Positions 13,123-25,874 of a stretch of DNA of 64,000 nt are shown here, one piece after another. The notes below the pieces were generated by a model that did not search any database, was not told the DNA's origin, and worked only from the letters and a program-made list of their open reading frames with translations. How positions within the stretch are numbered: position 1 is the stretch's first letter; the number at the start of each line of letters is the position of its first letter. Both the position numbers and the translations under genes were made by a program. Source of the stretch: Massalongia carnosa (Eukaryota); assembly GCA_965645245.1 (NCBI GenBank), contig OZ287072.1:372001-436000 (forward strand), given 5' to 3'.

Positions 13123-13857
13123 TCAGGTGTATTGCCATGTGTTGGCGCCGCTCTGGGCCGACGACAAAGCATCGAACCCGATACACTTGCTAATCTTCCC
13201 CCCAGCGACATCGCTATCCTTTAGGTTCTTGAGGTTTGCAAATACCTGGTACGGGGCCGTGAAGTTGGCACCCGCGGGGCAAGCGAGAAGACCCGCCGCG
13301 CCCGGAAGACTGATGCTGACAGTACCGAAATTGGGACCAGGGGTGAAGACAAAGCCGGTGGTGATGGCCCCGGTGGGGATGAAGGCGGAATGGGCTTGGG
13401 TGTAGCCGAGGGCGCCGTTAGCACGAATGTAGATTTGTTGACCACCGGGAACGACGACATCTGTTTAAAGAAAGAGTTAGTTTATGGTGAAGATAGACAC
13501 TACATTGACGGGAAGAGCCGAGGAGAGTTGGACAGCAACGCCTATGAAGGGAAAAAAAAGCTTACCCATGGCTGCAGTCCCAGGGTGTGCGGCATCTCCA
13601 TACACGTCGATGACGGTGATATTTCCTGGTGGGCAACTTGACGCAGGGGTCAAAGGGCAGTATGTTGAGGTGTTTTTGCCAATCCAGAATGCTTGTCCCG
13701 CAGCATTTACGGATGAGAGGTGGACGGGAGACGCCGAGTGAGCGGCGATGAGGGAGATGGGACCGGATCTTGCAGGGGCTGAGGAGGCAGCTGGAGCAGG
13801 GGCTGCGGCGACAAGGAAGGGAAGAGCGGCGGCGAGGAGGCTGGTGGAGAATTGCAT
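13123..13857 (-). CDS. Secreted cell-wall protein, IgE-binding protein/PhiA-like
   Basis: Signal peptide MQFSTSLLAAALPFLVAA. Motifs SASPVHLSSVNAAGQAFWIG, TYCP, VPGGQQIY, GALGYTQAHSA and C-terminal WQYT. One intron at 13461-13565. Confidence 0.88.
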
Positions 13858-14357
13858 TTTGGATAAGGTGTCGGAAGTTTAGCTCGAAGGGAGTGCTTCG
13901 ACTAGAAGGATTAAGAAGCTTGGGATTTGAGATTGTTCGACTGGTGATTGAGGAAGTGGAAGTTCGATGTGTTTGCTGGCTGAAGCTGTTGATGAGGGAA
14001 ATACACGAGAAAGAAGAGTCCATATATACCTTTTCATCCTTTCCCGCGTCATAACGAGGCGTCAGGCTCACTGGCGCCGGCCACGAGCGTTGTCATAGCG
14101 CCGAGTTCTCGGCATACGATTGGAATCCCGGAGACTCCGTGAATGGCATGAATTGAATTTAACTAATCAGGTAAGGTTATGCCTCGTGTTCGAAAACATC
14201 CGTCGTGCAGGTGATCTGGCGTAACGACCGAGCAAGGCAAGTACAGGAAGCGGTTGCCTACATAGGCAAATAGGTAGTACCTAGCTCGGTACGCCCTAGT
14301 GAGTACTATGGACCGTACAGAGTACAGAGCACCTTACTCGGTGGAAGGGCAATATTG

Positions 14358-15232
14358 TGACGTCAAGGGGATGTCATCCGATTGTGGGGGAATACGAATG
14401 GAACCACACAATAGGCTTCTGTCTAAACTTAGGTATTTAAACTAGAGAGACGGATATTTGTCATAGTTAGGTAGTTGTACTCTAGCACTCTAGTAATGAG
14501 GGAAGCTAAAACTCTGCGATGAACCCTCGGTGTCAACCTGCCATTTGCCCCCACACACTCGATGGATGGTCAGACAGCAAAATTCTAACCTAGATTGCTA
14601 GATGGTTGGCTATTTTCATCGTCTGAGGAGTCGCATGTTTGGGTCGACCAACAAAGCATGCAAATCGCCATCCAGCATGGCAAGCTTGGGGCCCCCCCAC
14701 CGACAAGCTCTGCAGAGCATTTGGAGATGTTTATGAATTCTTGTGGATCGTCAACTAAGCTTCTCATACGCCTCATCAAACTCTCGCAATCCTATGGCTT
14801 TTTTTGGTGTAGCATGTAACCAGAGGGCCATGTTGCTTTCTACTCTGCAACAACTACTTACTGCCTTTGGCGCTGCTGCTGGGTTCACAGGTCCTCAGCT
14901 GGCAATACACGCTGTGAACTGTGTAAAACCCGATACATGAATCATAGTTTCTACTCATAAGATAAACCAGAGAAGTTGAGGTGTAGCAAACACTTAAGCA
15001 AGATAGAGAATAAAAGGGTGGTGACGTAATTCAAGATTCGTTTTCTGGAGTGTCAATATTGACAAGAGAAGTCATGATTCTATCTATGCCTTTCATAGTC
15101 CCAAAGGATTCCTTTTCCTGTCTCCTTCGAGACACTGTTCTACTTTATCTACACTTCTTCTATCGTGTATAATTACTTCTTGGTAGTATTGGCTAGAATC
15201 TCTCGACACAAGCTCAAACTAGCTTGACGTCA
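14358..15232. promoter_or_regulatory. CRE-like (ATF/CREB bZIP) sites in the divergent promoter between the IgE-binding and G6PD genes
   Basis: TGACGTCA at 14358 and 15225, TGACGTAA at 15022. Motif match only. Confidence 0.4.
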
Positions 15233-15316
15233 GAAGGTTTCGTCATAACTTTTGGTTCTTCTCGATTGCTTCTAATCTACAAATTTGATATTGTGGCAAT
15301 TCACCATCTATAACCG

Positions 15317-17403
15317 ATGATGTTGAACTTCACTGAAGGTGGAGGAACTTCTGGGTGACTTACTCCATCTCTCTGAGCTCTAATAAATGGTTATATCTTC
15401 TGGGGAACTAGGCGTAGCCTTGGGGCGGATTGTATATTATTGGATACGGTGGGCAGGGGCTAATCGATTTTGGAACTCGGTCAAGGCCTCCTCAGCAAGA
15501 GAACAGCACCGTGCTTGTGATATTGGGCGCTTCAGGCGATCTTGCCAGGAAAAAGCTGGTCGGTCTGAGTAGTGGGCGAGTATGCTAGAAGTGGCTAACA
15601 AAACCTTTGCAGTTTCCAGCGCTTTTCAGTCTTGTAAGGATGAATGAGCATGCCTTGATGCGATTTTCTGCTAACTGGCGGTCTAGCACCAGAGACATGC
15701 TCTACCAGACGAAGTCAGCATCGTCGGCTTTTCGCCAGACAATATGAGTCATGATGAGTACATTGACCAAATCAAGTCGTTCATAGAAACCCTCGATGAT
15801 GAAACCAAAGAACAGCTCAAGCAGTTTTGCCAAAAGTGCACCTATGTATCCGGTTGTGACAACGGAGATAAGCCATACGAGGAACTAGGAAAGCATCTTG
15901 ACGGGCTTGGAAAAGGAAAGAAGGCTTCTCAGAACCGAATATTTTACATGGCTCTCCCTCCTAGCATTTTTGTTTCCGTATCGGAACAGCTCAAGAAGTA
16001 CTGCTATTCCGAAAAAGCGGTTTCGAGGCTCCTCGTTAGTGTGCCGTTCCGCAGATGAAGCCATCATGCTTATGGTGTGTTTGTAACCTAGATTGAAAAG
16101 CCGTTTGGCAGAGACCTTGAGAGCTCACGGGAACTGCAAAGGGCTTTAGAACCGAACTGGTCAGAAGATGAGATATTTCGCATCGACCATTATCTAGGAA
16201 AAGAGATGGTGAATAACATCCTTGTGCTTCGATTTGGAAATGTGATTTTTGAGGCTCTTTGGACTCGCGAGCATATTGATCATGTTCAGGTTTGGGATTG
16301 TGTGAAAGCTCCCCTCCTTGGGGTATTGCTAATATCTCTTTAGATCTCTATCATAGAAAACAAAGGGACAGATGGGAGGGGTGGCTTTTACAACGATACT
16401 GGTGTGATCAGAGATGTAATGCAGAACCGTAAAACCCTAGTACTCCTCCCAATCAAGTCTATATTAAAAAGTATCTAGACATGCTTCAAATCGTATCCAT
16501 ACTTGCCATGGAGCCTCCCGAGTCATTCTCAGCCGGAGATCTCTGCACTGAAAAGGTACCCTCTGTACGATATCCCTCTGCGTATGATTAACAGCGCTGT
16601 AGGCGCGTGTCATCCAAAGCATGGCAACCATCAAACCCGAAGAAACAATCATCGGCCAATACCAGCGATCCCCTGACGGCGAAACTCCTGGCTACACGGA
16701 TGACGAGTCAGTCCCAGAAGACTCGCGCTGTCCTACCTTTTGCGCTGCCGTAGCCCGCATCAACAACCCCCGATGGGCCGGCGTGCCCTTCCTCTTACAA
16801 GCCGGAAAAGGTCTCTCTCTTTCCCCATTTCCCTCCTCCCGCCCTCCCCCCAAACCTGAAGCCCAACTAACCCACCGCTTTCCCTAGCTCTCCACGAATC
16901 CAAAACAGAAATCCGCATTCAGTTCAAACCCACGGCCTCGACTATCCTCCATTCTACTGCCGCCAACATCCTCATCATCCAGATCCAACCCGAAGAGGGC
17001 GTCTACCTACACATCAACTCTGCAGTGCCTAGCCTTGGCCATCATACATTTCTGCAGACCGTCGCCACGGATCTCGATCTCACGTACCGCGGGCGGGTAC
17101 CTAAGGGGCAGATACCCCAGGCGTATGAGAGTCTACTGCTGGACGCGCTGAAGGGGGATTACACGCATGCAGTGAGGGAGGATGAGTTGGATGCTAGCTG
17201 GCGGGTTTTCACACCTCTACTGCGGTTTTTGGATGAGAAGGAAGGGGTGGTGCCAGAAGGGTATGCTTTTGGTAAGTTGAAGGCTCTTTTAGAAAGGGGG
17301 GGGGGGGCCGGTTTCGTGCTCTAAATATATACTGATGCAGGCAGGTTCGAATGGCCCTGCCGGATTGGATAAGTTTGTGAGCCAGCATTTGGGGAACAAT
17401 TAA
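15317..17403 (+). CDS. Glucose-6-phosphate 1-dehydrogenase, divergent paralogue, multi-exon
   Basis: [38 protein letters not shown] (spliced), RWAGVPF and AYESLLLD all recovered after splicing about 10 introns. Start inferred from a phase-2 intron (TCTGG|GTGACT ... AAG|G CCT). Confidence 0.9.
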
Positions 17404-18624
17404 AGAGAAAACAAAAGTACCTATACACCTGCATAAACGAACACCTCCTTCTAGCTCCGTCATCTCCTAGACTTAGAAAAACCCTCAACCTCCCACCTCT
17501 TCTTCTTCTTCCTTTAGTAATAGCATTACGTACCCCCAAAATCCCACTAACCCAGATGCTAACCCTCCCCCCCTTTCCCAGCCGGGAAATATCCCTCCGT
17601 TTACTCTCCCTTTCTTTCTCTCCGCTTGCTTTACTTGCGTGCTTGATTGCTTACCGAGTGACGGGTACTTGTCATGATCCCCTCGGAATTATCCGAGTGA
17701 GTGAGTGAGTGAGCATACAGTATACAGTATACAGTATATATCTCCAATCTCTCTTCTGCAAAACAAGATACATACATACATAACCGACCTATCCATCCAA
17801 ACCATCCGCAAAACCTTACTCGGACATTTCCCCATCTCCATATAACTACTATCAACCAACCTTATGATCCCACTTCCCCGTCTCTCTTCCAGTTTCCGTC
17901 CCACCCCCCCCCCCCCCCCCCCCATCCCATTATCCCACTACCCGAAACGGAGAGAGGACCGACCCATTCACGTCTTGCGTATACGTTCATCTCCCAGACC
18001 AGGGGGACGGGAAAACCTCCCGTTCCGGTGGTGGGGTGTTTCGGTTGGCCCGGTATATTACGCTCCTGGCGTTTCTTTGCGGCCTGGAGGCTGGGTTGGG
18101 TAGGTAGGTAGGTATGAGTATTTGGGTGGTTTCCTTTTTCTTATCTCTCTTTTGGGGGAACCGTACGTACATGTACATACATACATACATGATGAGAAGA
18201 AGAAGAGGGGGGGAAAATAAGGGGGGGGATGGTAAACTTCCCGTTGGCCCTAAACGTTTCTGGTATGACGATCGTTTCGAGTGATGATTAGGGAGAAGGA
18301 AGGGGGGAGGGAGCTGGTCCGAAATTGGATGATGATGATAATGCTAATGTCCATGACGAAAAAGGAAAAAATAAAATCGGTAAAGACTGATATGTACTAT
18401 GGCTCTAATTAAGTATCAAGTACGGCCTAATCGCAACCCGTCATACACCAAGAACTCCGCTGGAAAAAGATGCTTCTTGACGCCGGAATTTAAAATCACC
18501 CCCCTCCCCCCCAAAACCAAGAACGCCATGTTGGTTCCTAAACCCCCCCTTGCTCATCTCATACCGGAAAAAGCGCTTCGTTGCGGAAAGTCAATTTCTG
18601 CCGCAGACGAACTATGTGATATTC

Positions 18625-20163
18625 TCATGGCCTCAGCAAGCCAACGCTCTTGAAACCCATTGCCCTCAAGCGCTCCTCTACTATCCCAACCGCGAATCGT
18701 AGTCCCGCCTTTCCACCCGTACACACCCCGCTCTCAACGTGTTGCGCTAGTCCGCTTAGAGTCGAGAAGCGGGTGCGTTGCGCTTTTGGAGGCGTGGTGG
18801 AAGACGGAGCGGGAAGAAGTAGGGTGGTAGGGCAGCGGAATATTTTTGGTGCGTGCTTGGGGGAGGCGAGGTGGGCTTTTAACGCCTTAAGGTTGGAGAA
18901 TGGAGCACGGGTGGAGGGGCACAACGGGCAGAAGAGGGTGGTGATGATTGACAATTGGTTTGGAGGGGGTGATGGAAGGTTGGTGTTGGAGAGAAGGTTC
19001 GCGATACGGGAAGAACTAAATGCAGCTTGTTGTGTATTCGGGAATAAGGGAGAGTCGTTTCCGTTTCCGCTGGAGGTGGGGGTGAAGATCGGTACGCCGC
19101 CAGTGCTGAGCTCGGAATCTGAGTCAGAATCGTAGTCGGGCTTGAGCGGGGAGTGTGAGTCCGAAACCGGGCTCTGAATGGGCGGTAAAAGCCCATCCCT
19201 CACAGTCAAGCCGGTGCTTATTACTCGATCGACGTCGTTGCTTTGCACGAGGAGGTTGAGCTTCTTCGCTGTCATGCCGGAACAACAGGCTCCACTTTCC
19301 AGATGGTGGAGCAGAGCCGATGGTGACGTAAAGCGACCCTTACAATGCGTACTGGCAATACATTGTATGTCGCTGAGCGGCTTATGGACCAAAGACCCGA
19401 GATGCTGGTCCAACGCGCTTTGGCTTTTGAAATGGCGGTCGCATGGGGAGCAGGAAAAGCGAAGGGGTTTAACCTTTTTCGGGCTGTGAACCTTGGTTTG
19501 AAGATGCTGATTGAGGGCCTCGAGGGTACGGAAATCCAGTTCGCAGTCGCAGCAGTGAAATTGAGAAGGGTGAGAGGATTTTACATGCTGCTCCAGCGCT
19601 CCAGCTTTTACAAAGTATTGGTTGCATTCCCCGCAGTATAAATGACCCGTTGAGCGCTGATGGTCTCGAAGGCGTTCGACTCTGACAAATTGGCGGCTAC
19701 AAGTATTGCATCCAAATGAATGATGAACAGAGTGGTGTTGCCGTAATTCTTTTTCAAGAAGAAAGAACTGATTGCAAAATTTACAGTAGCAGTGCTGGCT
19801 AGAGCGCTGATGAACCCGAAGAACTTCTTCAGATTGGTATTTTTGCCCACAGGCGCCACAAGCTGGATGAGTGGTAGCACGGTGTTGTTCGAGCTTCTCT
19901 TGCGTTGCGAAGCACATATTGCAGGCTTTGCAACAGCAGTGTTCAGCTAACAATTGATGGGAGCGAAGTTTGGCCGCGTGACAGAACTTCTTCCCACAAG
20001 TGTTGCACTCAAGTGTGGGGCAAGCAGACCTGTGTTGTTGAAGCGCTCCATCCTGAGCGAAATTCTTACCGCATTGCTGGCAATAGTAATGGCCCGTGGC
20101 TTTCTGATGGGCGAATAGAGCTGGAAATACGGAAAAGGCTTGACCACAGGAGCAGGATACCAT
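18625..20163 (-). CDS. Multi C2H2 zinc-finger protein (512 aa, intronless)
   Basis: About 10 CxxC...F...L..H...H fingers in repeated two-finger modules, plus two HLESG/HVESG-C motifs and a Ser/Pro-rich linker. Confidence 0.88.
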   Translation of the reverse strand: MVSCSCGQAFSVFPALFAHQKATGHYYCQQCGKNFAQDGALQQHRSACPTLECNTCGKKFCHAAKLRSHQLLAEHCCCKACNMCFATQEKLEQHRATTHPACGACGQKYQSEEVLRVHQRSSQHCYCKFCNQFFLLEKELRQHHSVHHSFGCNTCSRQFVRVERLRDHQRSTGHLYCGECNQYFVKAGALEQHVKSSHPSQFHCCDCELDFRTLEALNQHLQTKVHSPKKVKPLRFSCSPCDRHFKSQSALDQHLGSLVHKPLSDIQCIASTHCKGRFTSPSALLHHLESGACCSGMTAKKLNLLVQSNDVDRVISTGLTVRDGLLPPIQSPVSDSHSPLKPDYDSDSDSELSTGGVPIFTPTSSGNGNDSPLFPNTQQAAFSSSRIANLLSNTNLPSPPPNQLSIITTLFCPLCPSTRAPFSNLKALKAHLASPKHAPKIFRCPTTLLLPAPSSTTPPKAQRTRFSTLSGLAQHVESGVCTGGKAGLRFAVGIVEERLRAMGFKSVGLLRP

Positions 20164-21476
20164 CTTGTATTTGCTTGCGTTGAGATGCTGAAAATTGGAA
20201 TGAGGTACTCGAATCTCAATGAATGGTGGTATTATAGCCCTCCGGTATAAAAAAAAAGGAAGAAAAAGCTTCTGCAGGAAGATTCTGCTTGAACCTAGCT
20301 GATCCTAGGAGTGGTTGTTTGCAAAGAGAAGTGAAAGGTGTGGTGGATCTTTGTAGAAACCTCCTTGCTGGGACCGTGATTAAATATTTGTAGGTTTGAA
20401 ATGCCTCTGCCTGTACCTCTTTATAGTCCTCACAGGAGTAGGGTGGGGGAGGAATGCGGGTGTGGAAAAAAAGACATACCATGTAGAGTTAGAAGGATTT
20501 GGTGCATCCATGTCATGATTTCTAGCCAAACAACAGGCTTGCTTGTCTCCCAGGAAGCGATCAGACAATCTCAGCCACGGTCGTAGGCAAACATCGAAGC
20601 TACAGTAGAGAGACAACCTCCGCTAGAGGGTGAAAAATTCCACGTCCTCAAGGGGTGAAGGTCATTGTGGGCTGTGCTCAACTGTGCCGTACCCGTGTGT
20701 TCACAGCATCAACGACAAGGTAGCTCATAAGGGTGTACTCTGTATCGGCAACTTTGTTGCATATACTCCGTGGTAGAAGAAGTTCGGGCATTCCGTACGG
20801 CACGAGAAGTATCTCCAGTAACAGTGCTACAAACCGGTGCCTGTGCCTGTGCCTGTGCCTTAATGAGTTAAAGACCAGTTCCGGATTGGTCTAGAACTTG
20901 GCGCGCGGTTGACGGATCTTCCTGGAGTTCAGCCACAATGGCTGATTTAAGTTAGTGAGTCAGTTTTGCTCGTCTGTCATCCAATACATTTTCTCTTTCA
21001 TGCATTATGCCCGTGAGGCTGACACAGGTTCACGTTTTGGGAACATATCAATGTGTCGGTCACCAGGAAACTACGGATACGCGGCGGACCTTCCCACTCG
21101 TTCAATATGATAGATCCCGCCGCCGTACTCCGAACGTACCTCAGCTTAGTACAAACTACCTAGACTACATCATAGCCAAACAAGGATCGCGTAGCTTGAG
21201 TACTGTTAAGTTAAGTAGGAAGATGCTGGAAGTCTTGAAACCTGTATAATTAAACGCAAGGTTGAATACTTAGGTGACTACTATACAAGTCGTTGTTGGA
21301 GAAGACCCCGATCAACTCGTTGGTGACATCGAATGCTTGCTGCTTTGATAACGTTAATTTTCTTTTTTTTGGAAGCAATGCCTCGGCATTTTGGTTGTAT
21401 TCTTGTACAGCCAGGCACAAACAGGCTCGTACATTGAATTATGCTCTGGAACCCATAAAGTATACCCTGTTTTCGT

Positions 21477-21978
21477 TCATCTCTTTGACATCGCTTTAAT
21501 GCCCTTTTTGCCAGCCTCCAAAATATGCCTAGACTCCATAAAAGTGACATCATCTGGACTGCTCGCGTTTGGCTGAAGCCCACTAGTGGTACGTCTACGC
21601 TTCGGAGCCCCTTCCTGCCCAAAATGAGCTCCTTGCTTGAGAGCTTCTAGGCGTAAAGCATCACTCTCGGCTGTCCTGATCTTCCAGCGCCGGACGACCT
21701 CGTCATCTTGGTGGTTTTCCATCCTGTGAAAGCTGGCGTGATGGCCACAGCCGTCGCAGTCAAAGCTAGTCGCGGCTTTGAGAGGGTGTACCATGAATCG
21801 GAAACAAGCGCAGGTGCTCACAATTGAAACTTTCTGTAAGCAAGGACCACGTGGGGGGATATATGCCATCTGGTCTACGTTAGGAGGATGGTCTTCATTC
21901 AAAGCAACTCAGCAGAAAGGTTACCTGGGCCCAAATATCGACGGATTTGGAATTTGATACGGCATCATTAGCTGCCAT
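21477..21978 (-). CDS. Small hypothetical protein with Cys/His motif (CACxRF...CDGCGHHASFH)
   Basis: Exon 1 (MAANDAVSNSKSVDIWAQ, 21925-21978) and an intron GTAACC...CTAAC...CAG join in frame to MAYIPPRGPC. Putative metal-binding motif. 3' end could include a further intron. Confidence 0.7.
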
Positions 21979-22129
21979 GACTGCACAGATAAGGGACGAT
22001 GTAGCCCAGTCCAAATCCAATATCGTCACGGCAGTGTGATGGATTTCATCAGGAATAGTTAAAATCCTCGGATCAAACTTTTGCTTATCTCCGACGCAGC
22101 ACGCTAATTACTAGTATTAAAACCTCTTA

Positions 22130-24003
22130 TCCGTGCCACCAACATCGCTCGGTTCGCCTCGCTTAGTGCTAGCCAGCCATATAACCCAAAATGCTACTCC
22201 TCTACATACATCGGGGTTTTTTTCAACAATTCCTTCAGTACTACCTCCCATCTTTTGATGCTATTCATAACTTTGGTCATCTTCAACTTTCGATGAGCTT
22301 TGGTTTGTTTAGCCACCTTGCCCAGTGCCAAAGAATATCGCTTTTCCCATGCGATCATTCGATCCTTCTCCCTCTGAGCCTCCAGATTCTGTCTATCACG
22401 AATCATTGATCGAGCCTTTCATGCAATAAGTATGCCCCCAATCTGAAGTACCTTATTGCTCTCTCGTTTGCATGCTTTTCGAACTTTTTCGGCCTTTGTT
22501 TGTTGATCCCATCGTTGTTCGAGAAGTTCTCCTTTTCGGACTTCTGAAACAGCCCCCTTTACAAATTTTGCTATCATTTGTGTGAGTTCATCCGAACAAC
22601 GGGAATGCATCATAATGTCTGCGGCTACTGTACTCAATTGTCTGACAGTTCTAGGGGTCTCTTGTATTAATTGAATCGACGAAGGTGGGGTAGTCTCGCG
22701 GGGGGGTGGTAAACTCTCTCTGACCTTTTAAAGAACCACCTCTGGATTGTATGGAATTAGGCCGGATTTTCTCCATGCAGACGTAATCGTTGTTGATTTG
22801 AAGACCTTTGCCCGAAAGGTGTTGAATGCAGCTAAAAATTCCACCTTCGAGAACGTTTCATCACCGTTCTGAATGGCCTCATTGACAGCCTCGGAATGCC
22901 AATGCTTTAAAGGCTGAAACACACATACATCAAGCGGTTGCAATAAGTGAGTGGTACGTGATGGTAATCCAAATGGAATGATGTTATGAGCGTCACAATA
23001 CTCCAAAAACTCACGAGTATGATGAGATCCATGTCCATCCATAATCAACAGTCTCCATGCCCCCTTTCGAATGTTTCGAGAGTGTTTATCGAAGTGTTTA
23101 ATCCATTGCAAGGCCAGCCAGTCATTTGAATAACCTGATTCAGCAGTAGTAATAAGAACATCATCGCTAAGATCGTTGAGGAAAAAGGGAGCGAGAATGC
23201 TGATACCAGTCAAAATCAGCATAGGGGGAATATCTCGTCCAGTCCCATTGATACATTCCACTCCGGTCAGTGATTCTCTGTTTGATGGATCGTTATTATA
23301 GATCCTTCGGTCTTTTGATGCACTGACTATCCAATCATTACGTGCCATGCCAATGCGATACCCGGTTTCATCAAAATTCCACTGATCTTGAGGTTCTATG
23401 CCATACTCATCAATCACCTCTTTGTATTTTGTAAAGTGAGCCATTAGCAACTCTAAATCATGCGTATTTTTTCGCTCAACAGCTAGAGGCTTTCATCGAA
23501 CTTTAAATTAATCGGGCTGACGATTTAACCATCTCTTGGTCCAATGCGACCCGATCAAAGGAGGCGGTTCCGAAACAGGAGCTGTTTGACGAAGAATAGA
23601 ATTTGCTGCGATTTCCACCATGTGCAATAGGGCAAGTATGTTCAAAGAGTCCAGTTTCTTGATATACATATATAGGGCCGACTCTTGATCAGGTTTCAGA
23701 CGTCTAGTATGCAGTCCTCGTATCTCTGATTTAGATGGGGCTCCATGATATCGAGAACGAAGTCTTTCTCTAGGCACTTCAAATTCTCGTGCAATTGCTC
23801 GAAGTTTCGCGTTTGTCCGCGTGTTTAAGGCGTCAATAGCCTTCGTAATGCGAATTTCGATTTCGGTATATGATTCAGGCATCGTGGTGATGGATGATAA
23901 ACTGTTGAAAGGTGAATGGTTGAAATTTGACGATTTGGGTTGTATGGCTGGTATGGCTGGCTAGCACTAAGCGAGGCGAACCGAGCGATGTGGGTGGCAC
24001 GGA
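22130..24003 (-). mobile_element. Full-length pogo/Fot1-like (Tc1-mariner superfamily, DD35D) DNA transposon
   Basis: TIR TCCGTGCCACCAACATCGCTCGGTTCGCCTCGCTTAGTGCTAGCCAGCCATA and its inverse ending at 24003; TA target duplication at 22128-22129 and 24004-24005. Confidence 0.95.
22194..23882 (-). pseudogene. pogo/Fot1 transposase pseudogene (HTH + CENP-B + DDE_1)
   Basis: Four ORF pieces all lie in one frame, broken by in-frame stops. Motifs NFDETG, MDGHGSH and QPLDV, with 35 residues between the last two Asp. Confidence 0.92.
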
Positions 24004-24083
24004 TATACCCGCGTACGGAGTACTTGGCTAGAATGGTAAATATCTTTCTAAAGAAGTTTCAAAGTCCTTAACACTGACAAAAT

Positions 24084-24909
24084 ATGGCCCGGTCGCAGCC
24101 GCTTTGTAATCTGCTCTTGTTATTTACTTTACTCTCTTTGGCATCAGCTTTGAAGTTTGATCTCCAAGCACACACAGGCCACAGCGCAAGATACGAAAGA
24201 TGCATACGAAATTTTGTAGGCAAGGATACTTTGGTGCTTGTTACATCTATTGTAAGCGGATCTAAAGGAGATGGCCAAATGGTTAATATGCACGTAAGTA
24301 ACCGAAAACATCGGGGCTTTGAGGGAGATGAGTGCTGATTTATCTTTTGCTTTAGATTAGCGATGCAGTAGGCAACGAATATGGGAAGCCTAAAGATATT
24401 GTGGGCGAGACCCGAATGGCTTTTACTTCACATGCCGATGCTCCTTTCGATGTCTGCTTTGAAAATATCCTTACTGCAGGCCGTGAGCTACCTGCAGCAC
24501 TATATCCTGAGGCTAAGGAGCTGATAATTTTTGTAGAGGCTGTCATGAATCCTACCCGACATATTGAGCTCGATATCGATATTGGCGCCGATGCTAGAGA
24601 TTGGTCAGCTATCCAAGCTCAAGAGAAATTGAAGCCGGTCGAGACGGAGCTACGGCGGATCGAAGAGCTTGTTGGAGAGATTGTTACTGAAATGGACTAT
24701 CTACGGACGCGGGAGCAGAAACTTAGGGACACTAATGAAAGCACAAATGAACGGGTGAAGTGGTTTGCGTTCGGCACGATGGGTATGCTTGTGGGGTTGG
24801 GAGCGTGGCAAGTCGTCTATTTGAGAGCCTATTTCAGGTTTGTTTTTCTTTGTTCCTCAGAGATCAAACGCTGACTATGATGGGCTCCAGGTCAAAGCAT
24901 CTTATTTGA
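24084..24909 (+). CDS. ERV25: p24/emp24 family ER vesicle protein 25 (GOLD domain)
   Basis: Signal peptide; [37 protein letters not shown]; transmembrane helix and spliced YLRAYFRSKHLI tail; three introns. Confidence 0.93.
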
Positions 24910-25874
24910 TGACTAGGTATAGTTCTGACCTAATCGAGGGATCTGGTTATTTTGGTTCTATATCTAAATCTATGCATACCTTCTACCATCTCCTTTCTAA
25001 CATCACCTACTCGTCTCAATTCTTCGGGCTCGCGAGTTGTCTTAAACTTGCGTTTAAGACTCAAGCCCAAGAAGAAAGGCTAAAGTGATTGATAATCATT
25101 ATAGTTAGGGCGCAGGATATGATCTGGAGCTGGGTATTGAGAAAGAAATAACTTATCTTTGCTTAAGTTTCTATCTTGGAGGCTTTTCTCTCATTTAGCT
25201 GAGTCGAATCATTGTCAGTTCTTTCCCAGTATACTCCTCGTCTAATCCCTGGAAATAGCTCATTCTAGATATCTTGTAGTCAATTATTTGCCTGGGTTTC
25301 CTTTCAAGAGACTCACAACACCTCTTTCTCTCACCTTCATAATCAAAATAGGCTTCACGGATATACTCAGGTCCATTGACTGGCAAATGATCATCTCAGA
25401 CCTCCTTAGAGAAATCTCTATACGTTGAAGACCCTATTCGATCGCATTCTCAACCACCCTGTATTGTCAACCTTGTTTTGGTCCTGTCGGTTATATTTTC
25501 CTACATTAGACATGTTGTACTTTTAATTTCTTCCCCAGAATGATTGCTAAGAACAAAGCATGGGTAAAAGGGGAATTTGGGTGTGAGTTAGGATTACTAG
25601 AGAGGAGCGAGAATGAGGGACAAAGTATTTTGCAATATCTTATGTTTTGTTCATCAGTTAATCGGTTTGCATGAGTAAGGTCAAAATGTTGAGTTTACCT
25701 TCAATGTACTCCGTACGTACTCTAAGTAGAAATTACTCTGATTCTGTTACGTACAGCTAGATAGTACGAGTACCTAAAATTTCAAATGTTTACATAAGCG
25801 AACTTGCCATAATACGTCTTATTTTTGAAGCGAACATAATTACCCTTAACTCAAGGGTACAGAATCTCAACATT

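Noticed and set aside
18650..20183. Plus-strand ORFs opposite the C2H2 gene (likewise antisense ORFs over SNF1, wetA, GT1 and the isomerase)
   Set aside because: Shadow ORFs of real genes on the other strand.
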